Assembly (NCBI GenBank): GCA_025059775.1
Contig: JANXCW010000006.1
Span: 22,361-86,360 of the forward strand
Length of the DNA stretch: 64,000 bases
Direction of reading: 5' to 3'
DNA from: Armatimonadota bacterium
Lineage (GTDB): Bacteria; Sysuimicrobiota; Sysuimicrobiia; Sysuimicrobiales; Sysuimicrobiaceae
The notes beneath the pieces are model-generated. The model saw nothing but the letters and a program-made list of their open reading frames with translations, did no database searches and was not told where the DNA came from. A program made the position numbers and the translations under genes. How positions within the stretch are numbered: position 1 is the stretch's first letter; each line of letters opens with the position of its first letter. Shown piece by piece: positions 61,654-64,000 of this stretch.

Positions 61654-62531
61654 TGCGCCTGGAGATCCCCAGCCGCGGAGAGACCGAGGTTGGAGGTGAT
61701 CTCCCCGCACCGGGCCAGGGCCTCCGCAAGGGCCAGGAACTCCTGCAGGGAAAGCGTCTCCCCGCGCCGGCGGAGCGCCACCCTTGCCCGCTCCGCCGCT
61801 GCTTCCAGCGCCGCCGCGGGGATCCCCAGGGTCCGGAGGGCATTCCGCAGCTGTTTGCGACGGTGAGCGAAGGCGGCCCGGATCACGCGGAACAGCAGGG
61901 CTTCGTCCACCGAGCCGGGGGGAGGATGCGGCCGCAGGACCACCACCGCGGAGTGCACTCTGGGCGGCGGGAGGAAAGCGCGGGGGGGGATTCGCAGGGC
62001 GATCTCCACCCGGGCCCGATACTGAACGAGGAGACTCAACAGCCCGTAATCCTTCGTCCCCGGACAGGCGGCCATGCGTTCCGCCACCTCCCGCTGGACC
62101 ATGAGCACCAGGCGCTCCAGGTCCGGAACCTCCTCCAGGAGGCGCACGGTGAGCGATGAAGCGATCTGGTAGGGAAGGTTGCTCACCACCTTGCGGACAA
62201 ACCCCGGAGGAAAGAGGGACCGCAGGTCCAGGGTGAGGATGTCGGCCTGCACGATCTGCACGTTGGGAAGGCCCGAAACCTGCTCCCGCAACACAGCCTG
62301 GAGGGCGGGATCCACCTCCACCGCCACCACCCAGCCCGCGCGCCTGGCGAGCTGCTCCGTTAAGGTTCCCGTCCCGGCCCCCACCTCCAGCACCGCATCC
62401 TGGGGCCCCAGGTCCGCCAGGGCCACGATGCGCTCCAGAACCCGGGCATCCACGAGGAAGTGCTGCCCCAGCCTCCGCTTGGGCTGTAGGTGATGGCGAC
62501 GGAGGGCGGCCCGGAGGTCCTGCCTCAACAC
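61650..62531 (-). CDS. rsmA: 16S rRNA m6,2A1518/1519 dimethyltransferase
   Basis: LGQHFL, EVGAGTG, NLPY, MVQREVA, PPPRVHS. Confidence 0.96.
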   Translation of the reverse strand: MLRQDLRAALRRHHLQPKRRLGQHFLVDARVLERIVALADLGPQDAVLEVGAGTGTLTEQLARRAGWVVAVEVDPALQAVLREQVSGLPNVQIVQADILTLDLRSLFPPGFVRKVVSNLPYQIASSLTVRLLEEVPDLERLVLMVQREVAERMAACPGTKDYGLLSLLVQYRARVEIALRIPPRAFLPPPRVHSAVVVLRPHPPPGSVDEALLFRVIRAAFAHRRKQLRNALRTLGIPAAALEAAAERARVALRRRGETLSLQEFLALAEALARCGEITSNLGLSAAGDLQAH

Positions 62532-62557
62532 ACCCCCATTCTAGGACGGAGACAGGG

Positions 62558-63532
62558 TCATTGGCCCAGGATCCATACCCGGACCCGACGTCGGCCCCAT
62601 CGTAGGGCCTCCCGTACGGAGTTGAAGCACACGTCGATGCGCAGCCCCCGGATGGCTCCCCCGGTGTCCGCGGCGATGGCGGTTCCGTACCCCTCCACGT
62701 ACACCACGGTTCCCAGCGGGATCACCCGGGGATCCACCGCGATCACCCCGTGGCGGGCCCGCAGGCCCGTGGCGGTCACCGCATCCACCCCCCGATCCCC
62801 GTACGGCGCGTAGGCACTCGCGGTGACCACCAGGGAAGGTCGACGGATCAGTTCTCCCCGGGAAGGGATGTACCCACGTCCGATGCGTACCACCTGCGGT
62901 TGCGGCGGGAGGATCACCCGGTGCCCAACCTTCTCCCTGCGCACCACTTGCCCGTCCACTCGGATTATCCGGTAGCGTCGCTCGACCACGCCCGGCCGGC
63001 CGGGTTGGATCACCTCCGCTCCCCGGGCGAACAGCGCCCGCACCACCCGGTACGTCACGGGAAAGGGAACGGTCTCGCGCACCACCTCGGTTTCCTCTCG
63101 CACCCGCTGCACCCGGATCTCGCTCCCGCTCTCCAGGGGAGCGTCCAGAGGGGGAGAAACCCGATCTAAGGACTGGAGACGGATCCCCACAGCCTCCAGG
63201 ACCTCTCGGGGGGTCCGGGCAAGGGTACGCAGGGAATGGATCCTCCCATCCACCCGGATCCGCACGGGAATCGCCCGCACCACCGTCACCCGGATCCCGG
63301 GCGCAAGAGGCGTGGCAAGCGGCGGGAAGACCGCGTCTTCCGGACGGAGGGAGATCTGCCGCTCCAGCAGGAGGTCTGCCACGGTCCGGGAGCGGGTGAG
63401 CACCGCTTCCACGCGACCGTCCACCTCCAGCTCCACCACTACCCCCTCCTCTGCGGCTCCCCGGAGACCCGCCACCAGGACCAGTCCAGCCACCATCACC
63501 TGCACAATCCCACGGTGCCCACACAGGCGCAT
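62558..63532 (-). CDS. YabE-like cell-wall protein (DUF348 repeats, G5 and 3D domains)
   Basis: Two DG....T...T repeats, G5 region, ASAY...TATG...IAVDPRVIPLG...ADTGGAI.G.RID. Sits upstream of rsmA. Confidence 0.9.
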   Translation of the reverse strand: MRLCGHRGIVQVMVAGLVLVAGLRGAAEEGVVVELEVDGRVEAVLTRSRTVADLLLERQISLRPEDAVFPPLATPLAPGIRVTVVRAIPVRIRVDGRIHSLRTLARTPREVLEAVGIRLQSLDRVSPPLDAPLESGSEIRVQRVREETEVVRETVPFPVTYRVVRALFARGAEVIQPGRPGVVERRYRIIRVDGQVVRREKVGHRVILPPQPQVVRIGRGYIPSRGELIRRPSLVVTASAYAPYGDRGVDAVTATGLRARHGVIAVDPRVIPLGTVVYVEGYGTAIAADTGGAIRGLRIDVCFNSVREALRWGRRRVRVWILGQ

Positions 63533-63687
63533 CGGTTCCCTCCCTCGCTGTCCGGTATGTGGAACCACAGCCCCGACGGAAGGAAGGACGAATCGACCTG
63601 AATATTTACCTGTGCAACTGGAATGATCTTAGAGCATAAATTTTCATCAATTCAACTCGGCTTCAAAAGGGGGGTAGGGCAGGGAAT

Positions 63688-64000
63688 TCAGAATTCCGGT
63701 GCGGAGGGAGGCCTGCGAAGGGGCGTGCCGATGAAGAGACCCTCACCTCCGAGGGTTTCCTGGAGACGTCCCTCCAGGAGGATCTGGACCGCGTCCACTC
63801 CGCGCATCCGGGTTGCCGTATAGACGATTTGGTAGACCCGGGCCAGCATGCTGGCGCTTCCCCCTCCCCGCTCAAACTCCCGGCTCAGGTTGACGTATGC
63901 GACCCCGCGCTCAACCCGCACGCCGAGGAGTCGGGTTCCGGAGGGGATTTCGGAGCTGTAGCCCATCCCCTGCTCCTCCGGGTTGGGGCCTTCCAGGAGG
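63688..64000 (-). CDS. GerMN-domain protein, 3' part (5' end outside the window)
   Basis: L..GP...E...G..SEIP.GT.L, GGGS, QIVYTAT, V.IL.EG. Confidence 0.85.
   Translation of the reverse strand, partial: LLEGPNPEEQGMGYSSEIPSGTRLLGVRVERGVAYVNLSREFERGGGSASMLARVYQIVYTATRMRGVDAVQILLEGRLQETLGGEGLFIGTPLRRPPSAPEF

Noticed and set aside
63533..63687. AT-rich spacer upstream of the yabE-like gene considered as a c-di-AMP (ydaO) riboswitch
   Set aside because: The conserved ydaO elements were not found. It looks like an ordinary promoter (TTGAAT-18-TAAGAT on minus).

Overview
This is a gene-dense, very GC-rich chromosomal window from a probable thermophilic Terrabacteria lineage; the Firmicutes-like gene order, T-box and Gram-positive-type LexA box support that, but the taxon is an inference. 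Left to right it contains: a CSC-motif P1B-ATPase, accDABC-pdhABC, a sugar/compatible-solute block (PGI/PMI, USP-GpgS fusion, GH63, MscS, glgC), a glycolate/glyoxylate block (glcDEF, aceB, IclR, aminotransferase), galT-glgA, glycerate kinase/GT2/MBL/GT4, tRNA-Gly, moaA, the radA-yacL-ispDF-cysS-rlmB-sigH region, a T-box-led proC-pheA-thrC-hom-lysC operon, rsfS-nadD-obg-rpmA-rplU, purR-ispE, LCP, rsmA and yabE-like/GerMN genes. The standout is an AT-rich cassette at about 32.1-35.1 kb, inserted against the orientation of its neighbours. It encodes an unannotated 32-aa signal-peptide-like ORF ending in AGKWG, a duplicated 5-codon micro-ORF (MNKWG), a membrane-sensor HD-GYP protein whose sensor half is compositionally foreign, and a DUF5317-like membrane protein with signal-peptidase-II-like Asp motifs fused to a SPOR domain. 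I propose this is an undescribed peptide-pheromone/c-di-GMP signalling system; that is a hypothesis. All family assignments come from motif recognition by eye, and no database searches were run.
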